From Spirochaetales bacterium (lineage in GTDB: Bacteria; Spirochaetota; Spirochaetia; SZUA-6; JAFGRV01), in assembly GCA_016928415.1 (NCBI GenBank), contig JAFGKU010000178.1, positions 31,625 through 95,624 on the forward strand: DNA of 64,000 nt, given 5' to 3'. Each line of letters starts with the position of its first letter. Within the stretch, counting starts at the first letter, position 1. Shown in pieces: positions 38,549-48,948 of this stretch. The position numbers and the translations under genes are program-made. The notes under the pieces were generated by a model. The model was not told where the DNA came from, made no database searches, and worked only from the letters and a program-made list of their open reading frames with translations.

Positions 38549-41500
38549 TTAATCCTCGTACAATTTCTCTTTTGAAATGAATTCCATCTCGCCTTTCCCG
38601 TACCGGTCCGTGTACCTGATGATGTAGCCCTTCTCCGTTAACTCGACCCCTTCTGCATTGGCATCTATCAATACGCGCATGCAGGCTTTCTGCTTATTGA
38701 TGGCGGCATAGATGAGGGCCGTCCAGGCAGATATACCGTCACGCTCATCCATGTCGGCGCCGTTTTTTATAAGGATTTCCACCGCATAGGCGAAACCCCT
38801 TTTACTTGCGACCATCATGGCCGTTCTTCCCGACGCATCCTTTGCATCCAGGTCAACACCGGTAGAGAGGAGTTCGGCGAAAATACCCTTATCGAAATTC
38901 CGGCAGCTGTCAAGGTAGACATTGAGGAGGGGAACATCGGAGTCCGTTAAGTGTTCAACGGGGAAATAAGTTTCTGCGAGATTTGCCGTAACATCTTTTT
39001 TTCCATTGAGGCTCCCCTCGAGCAAGGCCCGCCTGAAATCCGGGTCACGTCGAAGGACAGCGGCACGGTCTTTCATGTCGAGAAGTAAGCCCATATAACC
39101 CGCACCTGCCGCCATACTCATGGCGGACTGTCCGGAATCTTCACTGAGTAAAGGATCCGCATTCCGCTCCAGTAAAAACCTGATTATCCCGTCATAGAAC
39201 CTGACCGGTGAATTCCTGTACCGGTAGCGGATGGCATATCCCAGCGCAGTGGACCCTTCCCCGGACTGGGAATTGATCCGGGCGCCATTGTTCACAAGCT
39301 CCCGGACGCTGTCCTTTTTCCCCGTTTCAGAGGCGTACATAAGGGAACTCACACGTAATGCGTCCACTTCATTGACGGCCGCACCTTCCTGGATGAGCAG
39401 TTTGATCAATTTCAGCGCGCCTTTCTTCGAGGCCAGAATAAGCGGTGTATTGCCGTATTCATCTCGCGTGTCGGCAGCCGCCTCCTTCGCGGCAAGCAGT
39501 GTGAATATTTCACAGTAATCCGGCGTGTCCGCGAATCTGCCAGCCAGGTAGTTATACAATGGATAGACCTTTTCGCCGGGAGGAGTAACATGCGCCCCGT
39601 TTTCAATCAGGGCCATTACGGTTTCACAGGAACCGGAGGCTATGGCATAACCGAGCGCCGTTTTCCCGTCCCCGTCCGCGGCATTCACGTCTGCACCGGC
39701 TGACAGAAGCAGGCGGACCGTCATGTCCCTGCCGGCACCGGCGGCGGCCATCAAGGGTGTTGCCCGGTTGTTATTGGAAACCGACGGGTCGGCCTTACGG
39801 AATAAAAGGGTCTTTACCACTTCATCGAAACCCTTTTCCGCCGCGTAGAAAAGCGGTGTATTGCCGTGTTTATCCCTGTTATCAAGATCCATGGTTTTCA
39901 CGGCGAGGGAAGCGCTCAACTCCGGCCATCCATTCAAGAGGGAAAGCATAAGTATATCCTGGTTCTCCTCATCCTTTCCGGCCATTTTATTCCCCGCGTG
40001 TTCCACAAGCATTTCACATATCCGCCTGTTTCCCGCCTTGAACGCTGAAAACAGGGGGGAGGCCTCCGGGTCTGTTTTCCCGTCAATGCCGGCACCCCGG
40101 TCAAGGAGCTCCTGTATGAAATACGTCCAGTTATTTTTAACGGCGTAAAACACAGCCGTATGACCGGAACTATCAGTAATATTCACATCTGGCTTAAGGG
40201 ATAACAGGTATTCCGCGGCATCCTGGTTCCCGTTTTTTACAGAAAGGAAAAAGGGCGTCTCGCCTTTTACGTTCTTCCGGTTCAGGTTCAACCCGGTTTT
40301 GGCAAGAGCCTTGAGTCTTTTCCTGCCGCCGTACAGGGCGGCGGATTCAACCAGTCCCTGTTTGTCAACCGGGACCAGGTCTTTCATTGCCGGCGCTGCA
40401 TTATTTAACTTCCCGGGAAAGGCCCCATAGGCCAGTAAAATCCGTACGGAATCCCTGTTGTTAATCGAAAGGGCCCAATCCAGGGGGATTTTTCCGTCAC
40501 GGTCGGCCGCATCCGGGTCAGCTCCCATGTCGAGACAAAACCTTAGATAATCCGGTTCTCCTGTGTGCTTGAAAATCTCCGTTCCGGGATTGGCTGCTAT
40601 TTCCAGCAATATCTTCTGTCTTCCGTCTTTTACCTTCAACAAGGGGGTAACAGGCGCGCCATTGATAAGAAGCCATTTCAGGTATTCCTCCCTTTTTACA
40701 GGATCCTCGTTGGCGACTTTTGCAAGGGCACGGGAGAGACAGGATTCTCCGCTGGAATTCAGCTTTTCAAGGTCGGCCCCCTTTGACAGGAGAAGCCGTC
40801 CCGTTTCCAGGTAACAGTTAAATGATGCGAGTATAAGGGGGGTATCACCCTCGTCATTGGAGGCGTTTACCTTCAGTCCCTTTTCAATCAGATACGCGGC
40901 CGTTTCCGTGTACCCTCCGGACGCGGCAAGCATGAGCGCCGTATTCCCGACGGGCCCCAAAACCCGGGGGTTGGCTCCTTTTTTCAACAGAAGCTTCACA
41001 ATGAAAGTCTGGCCGTTTGCCGAGGCTTTCAGGACGGGCGTAAAACCGAAAGCGTCCTTTTCATCCGCCGGTACGCCTTTCAGTAAAAGGGTATCGACTA
41101 TATCGGACAGGCCCTTTCCGGCGGAAATCACCAAAGCGGAATTCCGGCCCTGGAGAACATCCACCCTGTATTTTTTCAGCGAGAGTAGATATTCGGGTAC
41201 CTCTGTCTGCCCGTTTTCCAGGGCAGCTATCAGGGGAGTGCCCCCGACAGCGCTTTCAACAACCGGATCAGCGTTATGCGATAACAGGATTTTTACACAT
41301 TTCAAACGTCCGTATCTGGCCGCATAAAAAAGCGCGGTACCGGAATACCTGTCCCGCGCGTCAACTTCCGCCCCTTTATCGAGTAAAGTGGACAGGACAT
41401 CATCCCAGCCGGACGCGGCGGCGTGCATTAACGGTGTTGTCCCTTCCCGACCGCCGGGAAGCTTTTCTCCCACATTGATGCCAGCCCCTCTGTCAATAAG

Positions 41501-43231
41501 CAGAACGGCGATTCTTTTTTTGAGTGAAGAGGAAGCATGGAAGGAGTAATTGAGGGCGTTATTGCCATGGGCATCCAGGGTGTTCACTTCGGCCCCGGAT
41601 TTTAACAGGAGGTCGACAATGCTTAAACAGCCCAGGGAAGACGCCTCCATCAAAGGTGTTTTACCTTCACTTCCCGAAGCCCGTGAGGGATCGGCGCCCG
41701 CCTTGAGAAGTTTTGCGGCTATCCCGTAATATCCATTGCCAATAGCAGCCATGAGGGCCCCTCCCGCCCTGCAATCCGCATCGGGGTTAACCGACCGTTC
41801 CAGCAGCCGGCCTGCGAGGTCGGCCCACCCCTGTGAGGCGGCTTCGTACAACGCGCTCCGCCCGGAAGGAGATTCTGCATCGGGATGGGCGCCGTAATCA
41901 AGGAGGTACTCCATCATCAGCTTGTCGTGATTTTCAATGGCACGCCCAATCGCCGTCTGTCCGCCGCTTGTCTCCCTGTTCAACGATACACCGTATTTAC
42001 GGAGAAGGGAAACCGTCTTGACATCACCCCGGCTGCAGGCCAGTATGAGCGGCGTTACGGCCTCACTGGATTCAAAATCGGGATCAACCCTTTTTCCAAG
42101 AAGCGCCTTGACACAGTCATACCAGCCATATTCAATGGATCTTAGGAGCACCGTTTTCGAATCGTCCGCATAATCCATAAACCGAAACGCGAATCGGTGG
42201 GACCGGATATTAATGGCGGCCTCAACCAGTTCGTTTTTTCGCCGTATTTCTTCTCCGGTCAACGGGCTGACTTCCCATAACAATTCGGCCATCCGTTCGT
42301 TGCCATTGTTCAAGGCCTTCAGCAAAAGGCCTTCGCTACCCTCCTCCGTACCGCCGGGATCGGCACCACGGTTTACAAGGTTTTCCACATCCCTGAAAGC
42401 ATTACTCTCAACGGCTGAAACGAGCTGTACATTTCTCTCCGTATCCCCCGGCCCCGGCAGTAAGCGGGACGGGTCGACAAGCCCGGATAACAGTTCTTCT
42501 ATCTCAGGCCTGTTCCCCATGGCCCTGACGATGGGGAGAATGGATTTCCCCCTGTATTTTCTGCCGTTATGTCTTAAATAGAGATCAGCGCCCGCATCGA
42601 TTAAATTCCGGACCAGCACGGGATCATTTTTTTCACAGGCCAGGCTCAAAGCCGACTCGCCGGAAACGTTCAGATGATTGACTTGAGGATTCCCTCCGAG
42701 AATAAGTTCCGTGCATTTCCGCCTGCTGTTTTTAATGGAAATCATTAAAAGGGTGTTCCTATACCCGTCAAGGGTTCTGGCATCAGCGCCCTTTTCCAGC
42801 AGGGCATCCAGGCCATCGGCATTACCTTTCTCACAGGCGATTATCTGTGCGTTTTTACCCCGGCTGTTAACCGCTTTTAAATCGGCACCGGCCTCCAGAA
42901 GGATCCGGATTACTTCACCGCCCGCCTTTTTTGCCGCGTAAACCAACAGAGTATTCCCGTTCTCATATCTTTCGTTTATCGAGGCGCCTTTCAACAGGAG
43001 CATTTTCATCATGGCGGGGTCATTATTACCCACCGCACACATCATAGGTGAAAAACCGTCCCTGTCCCTGCCATTTACATCGACCCCCTTGGAAACAAGG
43101 TCTCCCGCCTTATCATAATCCCCTGCAACAATGCTGTTGATCAAATCGTCGATGCTGATCGTGGCCGCATTGAGGTTCCATGACAGAAGACACAGGCCCG
43201 TAAAAAATAATGACAATCCTATCCTTCTCAT
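38549..43231 (-). CDS. Giant secreted ankyrin-repeat protein (about 45 ANK repeats)
   Basis: 1560 aa. Signal peptide MRRIGLSLFFTGLCLLSWNLNAA. Continuous 33-aa ANK units (..G.TPLM.AA..G....V..LL..GAD.N..D..) throughout. Start codon immediately follows the stop of the upstream 493-aa gene. Confidence 0.85.
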   Translation of the reverse strand: MRRIGLSLFFTGLCLLSWNLNAATISIDDLINSIVAGDYDKAGDLVSKGVDVNGRDRDGFSPMMCAVGNNDPAMMKMLLLKGASINERYENGNTLLVYAAKKAGGEVIRILLEAGADLKAVNSRGKNAQIIACEKGNADGLDALLEKGADARTLDGYRNTLLMISIKNSRRKCTELILGGNPQVNHLNVSGESALSLACEKNDPVLVRNLIDAGADLYLRHNGRKYRGKSILPIVRAMGNRPEIEELLSGLVDPSRLLPGPGDTERNVQLVSAVESNAFRDVENLVNRGADPGGTEEGSEGLLLKALNNGNERMAELLWEVSPLTGEEIRRKNELVEAAINIRSHRFAFRFMDYADDSKTVLLRSIEYGWYDCVKALLGKRVDPDFESSEAVTPLILACSRGDVKTVSLLRKYGVSLNRETSGGQTAIGRAIENHDKLMMEYLLDYGAHPDAESPSGRSALYEAASQGWADLAGRLLERSVNPDADCRAGGALMAAIGNGYYGIAAKLLKAGADPSRASGSEGKTPLMEASSLGCLSIVDLLLKSGAEVNTLDAHGNNALNYSFHASSSLKKRIAVLLIDRGAGINVGEKLPGGREGTTPLMHAAASGWDDVLSTLLDKGAEVDARDRYSGTALFYAARYGRLKCVKILLSHNADPVVESAVGGTPLIAALENGQTEVPEYLLSLKKYRVDVLQGRNSALVISAGKGLSDIVDTLLLKGVPADEKDAFGFTPVLKASANGQTFIVKLLLKKGANPRVLGPVGNTALMLAASGGYTETAAYLIEKGLKVNASNDEGDTPLILASFNCYLETGRLLLSKGADLEKLNSSGESCLSRALAKVANEDPVKREEYLKWLLINGAPVTPLLKVKDGRQKILLEIAANPGTEIFKHTGEPDYLRFCLDMGADPDAADRDGKIPLDWALSINNRDSVRILLAYGAFPGKLNNAAPAMKDLVPVDKQGLVESAALYGGRKRLKALAKTGLNLNRKNVKGETPFFLSVKNGNQDAAEYLLSLKPDVNITDSSGHTAVFYAVKNNWTYFIQELLDRGAGIDGKTDPEASPLFSAFKAGNRRICEMLVEHAGNKMAGKDEENQDILMLSLLNGWPELSASLAVKTMDLDNRDKHGNTPLFYAAEKGFDEVVKTLLFRKADPSVSNNNRATPLMAAAGAGRDMTVRLLLSAGADVNAADGDGKTALGYAIASGSCETVMALIENGAHVTPPGEKVYPLYNYLAGRFADTPDYCEIFTLLAAKEAAADTRDEYGNTPLILASKKGALKLIKLLIQEGAAVNEVDALRVSSLMYASETGKKDSVRELVNNGARINSQSGEGSTALGYAIRYRYRNSPVRFYDGIIRFLLERNADPLLSEDSGQSAMSMAAGAGYMGLLLDMKDRAAVLRRDPDFRRALLEGSLNGKKDVTANLAETYFPVEHLTDSDVPLLNVYLDSCRNFDKGIFAELLSTGVDLDAKDASGRTAMMVASKRGFAYAVEILIKNGADMDERDGISAWTALIYAAINKQKACMRVLIDANAEGVELTEKGYIIRYTDRYGKGEMEFISKEKLYED

Positions 43232-44713
43232 CTATTCCTCTTTTACCGCCCCTGTAGTATCAATGCTGATCGAAACTTCCGTACCGGGCAGGTAATCCCC
43301 GGGGACAATACCCTTTTCCGTACCGGCAGAAAGCGCCGCTTCCAGCTCCGCATGGCTGTCATAATTCAAATTCCTCAGGATGACCGCTTCCATATAACGT
43401 GACAATCCCGAGTATAAATCCCCAGGAAGCTGAAGGGGGACTAAAAATCCGTTTATCGCCTCTTCCATTTCATTTTCCGCTTCACCGTTCAACCTTTGCC
43501 CGCCGAAAGAATGCGCAATGATGAAATCAGACATAGGTTTGGCGGCGGATTCATCATCCAGCCTGTACGTCTTGAGGGCTTTGGGTATGTATATATGCGT
43601 GGCGGAAAAATTCACACCCGTGATTCCAAGAAACTGTGTAAAAATATCCGTTTTTATATAGGAAATTTCAACGGGGTCACAGGTCATTTCACCGGCCGCA
43701 TTTAAAGTGATGTTCCTGACGGATTTTTTTACGCCGCTGACCGGGAATTCAAGTTCACATTGCGAGGCCTCTATATTGGTGTTGGAAAAAAAGGCATTCA
43801 CAAACCTGAAAATCATATTCCTGCCGAATCCGGCTTCCCAGGCACCTTTCACTCCCCTTTCGACAAGGGCTCCCTCCGGGTAAACGAGGAGGTCGGCGCA
43901 TTGAAAAGGTGTTTCCTCGAAGAAACCGTTAAAATACACGGACGCCGACATGTGGAGACCTTCCTTGTCCAAAAAAAACGATTCCGGTTTGATGCGAAAA
44001 CCATTAAACTCGAATTCATTACACACGGCAGAAGGTATCACCTTCTCCTTCACCAGGGTCCCATCGGACCAGAATTCCATCGATTCAAAAACGAGTTCCC
44101 TGTCAATCAGGGGCAGGGACAAAATCACGTCCTCGGCTAAATTGCCGTATTGCCTGGACGGCTTCAGATCCCAACCGGCAAACCGGAAAACAATAATTTT
44201 CGGCCGGACCAGTTCATTGTATGAAAGAAAACCGTCAGACGTGAGATATAATGAAAGATCAGGGTATGCCATTGAATACTGCAACTGCTCCCCGCTCACG
44301 TTATAAAGCCTGCCCTTCAAATACAGGCCTGAACCGGCAAAACCCTCCTTTTGAAAAGAATAGCCGGACACTTCGCAATACAGCCCATTGGCGCTTAAAA
44401 AAGACTTTTTTTCATCAACTTCCCCGCTGTTTATCAACTTTTTTGTTTTATCCAGCAGGATAAGCGGAAAAACAAAGGACGCGTATTTACCTTTTACCAG
44501 GGCATCCTCTACACGGAATCCGTCCTGTGTTTTGTAAGTTGAATTTTCAGTTATCTGCCACCCGAAAAGCCCGAATTTCATCGATTGCTGGGCCGGCAGG
44601 AATAAAGTTGAAGCCATAAAAATAATTCCTAAAGCAATCCGCTTCACTTTCATACATACCATTATAATGAAGATAAAAAAAAAATTAAATACAGGCCCCT
44701 CAAAAAAAAACAC
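43232..44713 (-). CDS. Hypothetical secreted/membrane-anchored protein, 493 aa
   Basis: N-terminal hydrophobic signal/anchor (KRIALGIIFMASTLFLPAQQ). No recognisable domain. Directly abuts the ankyrin gene on the same strand. Confidence 0.45.
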   Translation of the reverse strand: MFFFEGPVFNFFFIFIIMVCMKVKRIALGIIFMASTLFLPAQQSMKFGLFGWQITENSTYKTQDGFRVEDALVKGKYASFVFPLILLDKTKKLINSGEVDEKKSFLSANGLYCEVSGYSFQKEGFAGSGLYLKGRLYNVSGEQLQYSMAYPDLSLYLTSDGFLSYNELVRPKIIVFRFAGWDLKPSRQYGNLAEDVILSLPLIDRELVFESMEFWSDGTLVKEKVIPSAVCNEFEFNGFRIKPESFFLDKEGLHMSASVYFNGFFEETPFQCADLLVYPEGALVERGVKGAWEAGFGRNMIFRFVNAFFSNTNIEASQCELEFPVSGVKKSVRNITLNAAGEMTCDPVEISYIKTDIFTQFLGITGVNFSATHIYIPKALKTYRLDDESAAKPMSDFIIAHSFGGQRLNGEAENEMEEAINGFLVPLQLPGDLYSGLSRYMEAVILRNLNYDSHAELEAALSAGTEKGIVPGDYLPGTEVSISIDTTGAVKEE

Positions 44714-44754
44714 GGTTTCTTGCCGTAATTTTTTAATTTATCTATACTGATTCC

Positions 44755-46011
44755 ATGAAAAAAAAATCAACCACAGAAGACATCATTAATCAAATGAAAC
44801 TATATTTCAGGTCTGACTTCAAACGGATCGATCATGCCCTTTCCGTATTGGGCTATGCCCGTCAAATCATGGAGGATATTTCCTGTAACCGTGAAATAGT
44901 GGAAGCGGCATGTGTTCTCCATGATATCGGCATCCACATGGCCGAAAAAAAATACCATTCCACAGCCGGGCACCTCCAGGAGAAGGAAGGCCCGCCGATT
45001 GCGGAAAAAATTTTAAAGGACCTGGGATATGACCGCGAGTTCATCCAGGAGGTATGCCTGATCGTCGGCAATCACCATTCCCCCGGTAAAGTTGAAACGG
45101 CAAACTTCCAGGCAGTTTATGAAGCGGACTGGCTGGTCAACCTGCAGGATGATTTCAAGCATTTTTCAGAAGAAAAAAAAATGTCGCTAATAGCTAAAAA
45201 TTTCAAAACCGGTCGCGGAAAGAAACTGGCAAAAGAAACTGTCGCAAATGCCGCTCTTTCGGAGGAAGAGTGCATCCGCTATTCACGGAACATCCAGCTT
45301 GAAGAGGTGGGACCCGCGGGACAGTTAAAACTGAAAAAAGCCCGGGTTCTGGTAATCGGTGTCGGCGGCCTCGGTTCGCCGTGCGCGCTTTACCTGGCTG
45401 CCGCGGGTATCGGTACTCTCGGTCTTGCCGATCCGGATTCGGTAGAACTTTCCAACCTCCAGAGACAGGTCCTTCATTTTACAAAAGATATAACGAAATC
45501 CAAAGTCTTCTCGGCGGGGCAAAAACTTTCGGCCTTGAATCCCGCGACAAGAATAATCGAACACAAGACCAGGATAGATAAAAGTAATATAAGCGGAATT
45601 GTAACGGAATACGATTTTATCATCGACTGCACGGACAATTTTGCTTCCAAATTCATTATCAATGACGGGTGCATAAAAGCGGGAAAGCCGTTTTCACACG
45701 GCGGTATACTGAAGTACGAGGGACAATCCATGACGGTAATACCCGGCAAAACGGCATGCTACCGCTGTCTTTTTACAGAGGAGCCTTCCGGCGACCTGGC
45801 CGTAAAATATTCACGGGCAGGGTTACTCGGTCCCGTACCGGGAATCATCGGCACTATCCAGGCCATGGAGACGATTAAATATATCCTTGAATTTAAGGAT
45901 TTACTCACTGATTCCATTTTAACTTTTAACGGCCTTAAAATGATATTCCGAAGGGTAGTTGTTAAGAAAAAAGATAACTGTCCGGCCTGCGGAAAAGAAA
46001 AAACGGAATAA
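44755..46011 (+). CDS. HD-domain phosphohydrolase fused to ThiF/MoeB-family E1-like adenylyltransferase
   Basis: 418 aa. N-terminal HD: HALSVLGYA..ACVLHDIGIH..LIVGNHH. C-terminal E1-like Rossmann: VLVIGVGGLGSPCALYLAAAGIGTLGLADPDSVELSNLQRQ. Zinc knuckle pairs CYRC and CPAC. Confidence 0.7.
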   Translation: MKKKSTTEDIINQMKLYFRSDFKRIDHALSVLGYARQIMEDISCNREIVEAACVLHDIGIHMAEKKYHSTAGHLQEKEGPPIAEKILKDLGYDREFIQEVCLIVGNHHSPGKVETANFQAVYEADWLVNLQDDFKHFSEEKKMSLIAKNFKTGRGKKLAKETVANAALSEEECIRYSRNIQLEEVGPAGQLKLKKARVLVIGVGGLGSPCALYLAAAGIGTLGLADPDSVELSNLQRQVLHFTKDITKSKVFSAGQKLSALNPATRIIEHKTRIDKSNISGIVTEYDFIIDCTDNFASKFIINDGCIKAGKPFSHGGILKYEGQSMTVIPGKTACYRCLFTEEPSGDLAVKYSRAGLLGPVPGIIGTIQAMETIKYILEFKDLLTDSILTFNGLKMIFRRVVVKKKDNCPACGKEKTE

Positions 46012-46015
46012 CCCG

Positions 46016-46432
46016 TTAATTGAGAAGCTTTTCCACTTTTTCAAGAAACGGTTTCGGCTGAACCGGTTTGACGATGTAATCGTCAACGGGAAGCCAGTCC
46101 TTATCACCGACTTCGGATTGGAAATCGATATTCAATTCGCTGTCTACGCTGGTGAGCATCAGTATCTTGATGTTTTTTAATTCAGGATTGTTTTTGATTT
46201 CACGGCACATTTCAAAACCGGAGCTCTTGGTTTCCATCATTACATCCAGAATCATGAGGTCGGGTTTATAGCTTTCCAATACTTTAAAACCTTCCTCCTT
46301 GCTTTCCGCCTCTTTAACCTCGTAATGTTCGGTGAGTATGGTCTGCATGACCTGCCGTAAATCAGCATCATCGTCAACGATTAAAATTTTTTTCATTCGA
46401 TGCTCCTTAATCCTGGAATTAATTACAACCAA
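46016..46432 (-). CDS. Single-domain response regulator (receiver)
   Basis: 138 aa. ILIVDDDADLRQVMQTIL..PDLMILDVMMETKSSGFEM..LMLTS..KP receiver motifs. Confidence 0.75.
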   Translation of the reverse strand: MVVINSRIKEHRMKKILIVDDDADLRQVMQTILTEHYEVKEAESKEEGFKVLESYKPDLMILDVMMETKSSGFEMCREIKNNPELKNIKILMLTSVDSELNIDFQSEVGDKDWLPVDDYIVKPVQPKPFLEKVEKLLN

Positions 46433-46501
46433 TACAATTGATTCTATTTTTTACTTCTATAGTGAAATTATGTCAAGGGGGCTATTATAAAAACTGTTTT
46501 A

Positions 46502-48886
46502 TCAATCATCACGTTTTTGCATTTTTTTAATCTTTTTCTGTCTATACAATTCCTTGTCCGCGTTTGATATGATTTCGGATAAACTCATCTTTTGATCGGG
46601 ATCAAATTTGGCGAATCCCATACTGATGCTGAAATGGTAAGGCTTTACCTTTTTCCTGTTAAAATTGTCGATTCCGTTTGTAAGTCGGTTGGAAATCGTA
46701 TCAACATCCTCAATTGTGTTATCGACCGCGATCACGACAAACTCGTCTCCACCCAACCGGGCCATGATATCGGCGCTTCTGAAAACCTTTTTGATAATTT
46801 TTGCCGATGCCTTTATCGCCTCATCGCCTTCCTTGTGGCCGTACGTGTCATTAATCTTTTTCAGGCCGTCCAGGTCAAGGAAAATAAGGATAAACGACTT
46901 ATGCGTCCGGTTGCATAAATTCAGATGCTGGTCAGCAAGGGCATAAAAACCACGACGGTTGTAAAGCCCGGTTAACTCATCCTTCACCGAAATGTTGTGA
47001 AGTTCATGGTTGAGGTTTTCCATTTCGCGCAATGCATTTTTAAGCTTTTTCTCTGCCTGGCGCTGTGACCTGAAAAGCATTGATGAATGAAGGGAATCAC
47101 TTATCTGTTCGCCCAGTATTTCGTAAAAAAAACGGATGGTATCCGCAATCTCCAAAAGCATGTAGCCGAAATGAATTTCCCTTTTGAAAAGAGGCTGTAT
47201 GATGAAAGAACCACGGCGTTTTAAAGGAAAAATTTCCTCCGGCAGCAGGTGCTCAAGGGGAAAAACATTGGCGCTATCTTTCGAAATGAGGTTTTTACCG
47301 TCACTGAACCCCAGCGTCAGTTGACCGTAACGGGGAATCTTCCAGTCCGGTCTGTACATGTTTTCCATTTCATCCGGGTACAGTACGACAAAAGCGCTCC
47401 TGATCCCGGCATGCATAACTTCCGTTTTTACAATATCCATGATGTTGGGAATGGCGAAAGTCGAATTGAGGTTCCGGTTCATCTGCCTGAAATGATTGTT
47501 CATTGCCTCGTTCTCATTGATCTGCTTTGATTCACGCCGTATGATCATGCTCGTGAAAAACACCTGGACCCTTTGAAATAAATTTTCCAGGTAATTGTAA
47601 GTTTCAATGCCCGAAGACAGTTTCAGGATGCTGCACCTCAATATGGAAATGGCTTTGTGCCAATAGATGAGATAATTGCCCCTGAAACAATCCTCGTAAA
47701 GGATATCACTCAACTGGCTTTCAAAGGCGGAAGGCCGGGCACCCTCCCTGATATCCATTTCCAGGGCGGTCATTATTCCCTGTAAATTTTTTCGTGACCT
47801 TTCCCTGTACTCGGCCGTTCCATCCAGGGTAACGAGTATTTCATCAACGATTTGTTTTTTAACCGACGGGGTAATGACTATTCCCGTCGGTTTCCCGTTA
47901 TTCACCGCATCCTTGTTTATAAGAAAATCCCTGATATTGACGGAGGGGCAGCCGCAGCTTTCACGAATAACGGGAATAGCCGGAAGCATCGTTTTAGCCG
48001 GCACCGTTTCGCCTAACAGCAGCTTTAAAAGGATTTCAACCGACTTCTGTCCCTGTTCATAAAGCGGCTGGCGGACCGTGGTGAAGGGCGGACAAAGGTT
48101 CGCCATTTCCATGACGTCATCAAATCCCGTGACAGCCAGCTGGTCGGGAACCCTTAATCCCCGGGCCTGCAGGTCCCTGTGAATGGTAATGGCCATGTCG
48201 TCATTGGAGGAAACAAGCGCATCGAATTTAATTTTCCTTTCATCGAGAAGCACCTTCAGCGCCCGCGGTCCCGATTCAGGACTGAAGTCTCCCATCGCCA
48301 CAAGGTCCGGGTCAAACGGAATCGAATAGTCCTCGAGTGCCTTCAGGTAAGCTTTGTACCGCGTTTCCGCCTCGGGATTTTCCTTCGGCCCGCGGATAAA
48401 GGCAAGCCGCTTGTACCTGTGCACCTCGATCAGGTGCTTTAAAATTTTATACATGCCGTGCAGGTTATCCGTCAGGATACTCGGGATACCCTTTATGGCA
48501 ACTGAGATGCTCACCAATGGCACGGACCGAAAGGGTTTGACAAAATTCAACAGTTCCTTTTTCCCGACGAAATTACCGATGGAACCTGACGTGATGATGA
48601 TTCCGTCCACTTTTTTCATATCGATAAGTTTATAGGCGACATTCTGTTGAATTTCGTACTGGATCGTTGATTTTAAGGACTTGCCGACAAAAATCTGGAG
48701 GTCGACATCGTTATTGGCCGCATATTCCTCGATGCCGGACATGATGTCCGTCTGATACTGCCCTGCATAATCATTGATGAGAACCCCGACAGTCAGCCGT
48801 TTAGATAATTTCCTGCCCACAATTAAAAGAATCGGCCATCTACCACAAAAAATCAAGTTCCATTCAAAACAGTTCACGCTGGACAA
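46502..48886 (-). CDS. Diguanylate cyclase: type-1 periplasmic-binding-protein (LacI-like sugar-binding) sensor fused to GGDEF
   Basis: 794 aa. N-terminal PBP1-like fold (LTVGVLINDYAGQYQ..GIEEYA, FIRGP). C-terminal GGDEF with LTGLYNRRGF, FLDLDGLKKINDTYGH, RLGGDEFVV. Confidence 0.8.
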   Translation of the reverse strand: MSSVNCFEWNLIFCGRWPILLIVGRKLSKRLTVGVLINDYAGQYQTDIMSGIEEYAANNDVDLQIFVGKSLKSTIQYEIQQNVAYKLIDMKKVDGIIITSGSIGNFVGKKELLNFVKPFRSVPLVSISVAIKGIPSILTDNLHGMYKILKHLIEVHRYKRLAFIRGPKENPEAETRYKAYLKALEDYSIPFDPDLVAMGDFSPESGPRALKVLLDERKIKFDALVSSNDDMAITIHRDLQARGLRVPDQLAVTGFDDVMEMANLCPPFTTVRQPLYEQGQKSVEILLKLLLGETVPAKTMLPAIPVIRESCGCPSVNIRDFLINKDAVNNGKPTGIVITPSVKKQIVDEILVTLDGTAEYRERSRKNLQGIMTALEMDIREGARPSAFESQLSDILYEDCFRGNYLIYWHKAISILRCSILKLSSGIETYNYLENLFQRVQVFFTSMIIRRESKQINENEAMNNHFRQMNRNLNSTFAIPNIMDIVKTEVMHAGIRSAFVVLYPDEMENMYRPDWKIPRYGQLTLGFSDGKNLISKDSANVFPLEHLLPEEIFPLKRRGSFIIQPLFKREIHFGYMLLEIADTIRFFYEILGEQISDSLHSSMLFRSQRQAEKKLKNALREMENLNHELHNISVKDELTGLYNRRGFYALADQHLNLCNRTHKSFILIFLDLDGLKKINDTYGHKEGDEAIKASAKIIKKVFRSADIMARLGGDEFVVIAVDNTIEDVDTISNRLTNGIDNFNRKKVKPYHFSISMGFAKFDPDQKMSLSEIISNADKELYRQKKIKKMQKRDD

Positions 48887-48948
48887 ATACCCGGAAATCG
48901 GCTATATTTACGTAAAATGTTTATAAGATGAATTTATAAACTATTTTA

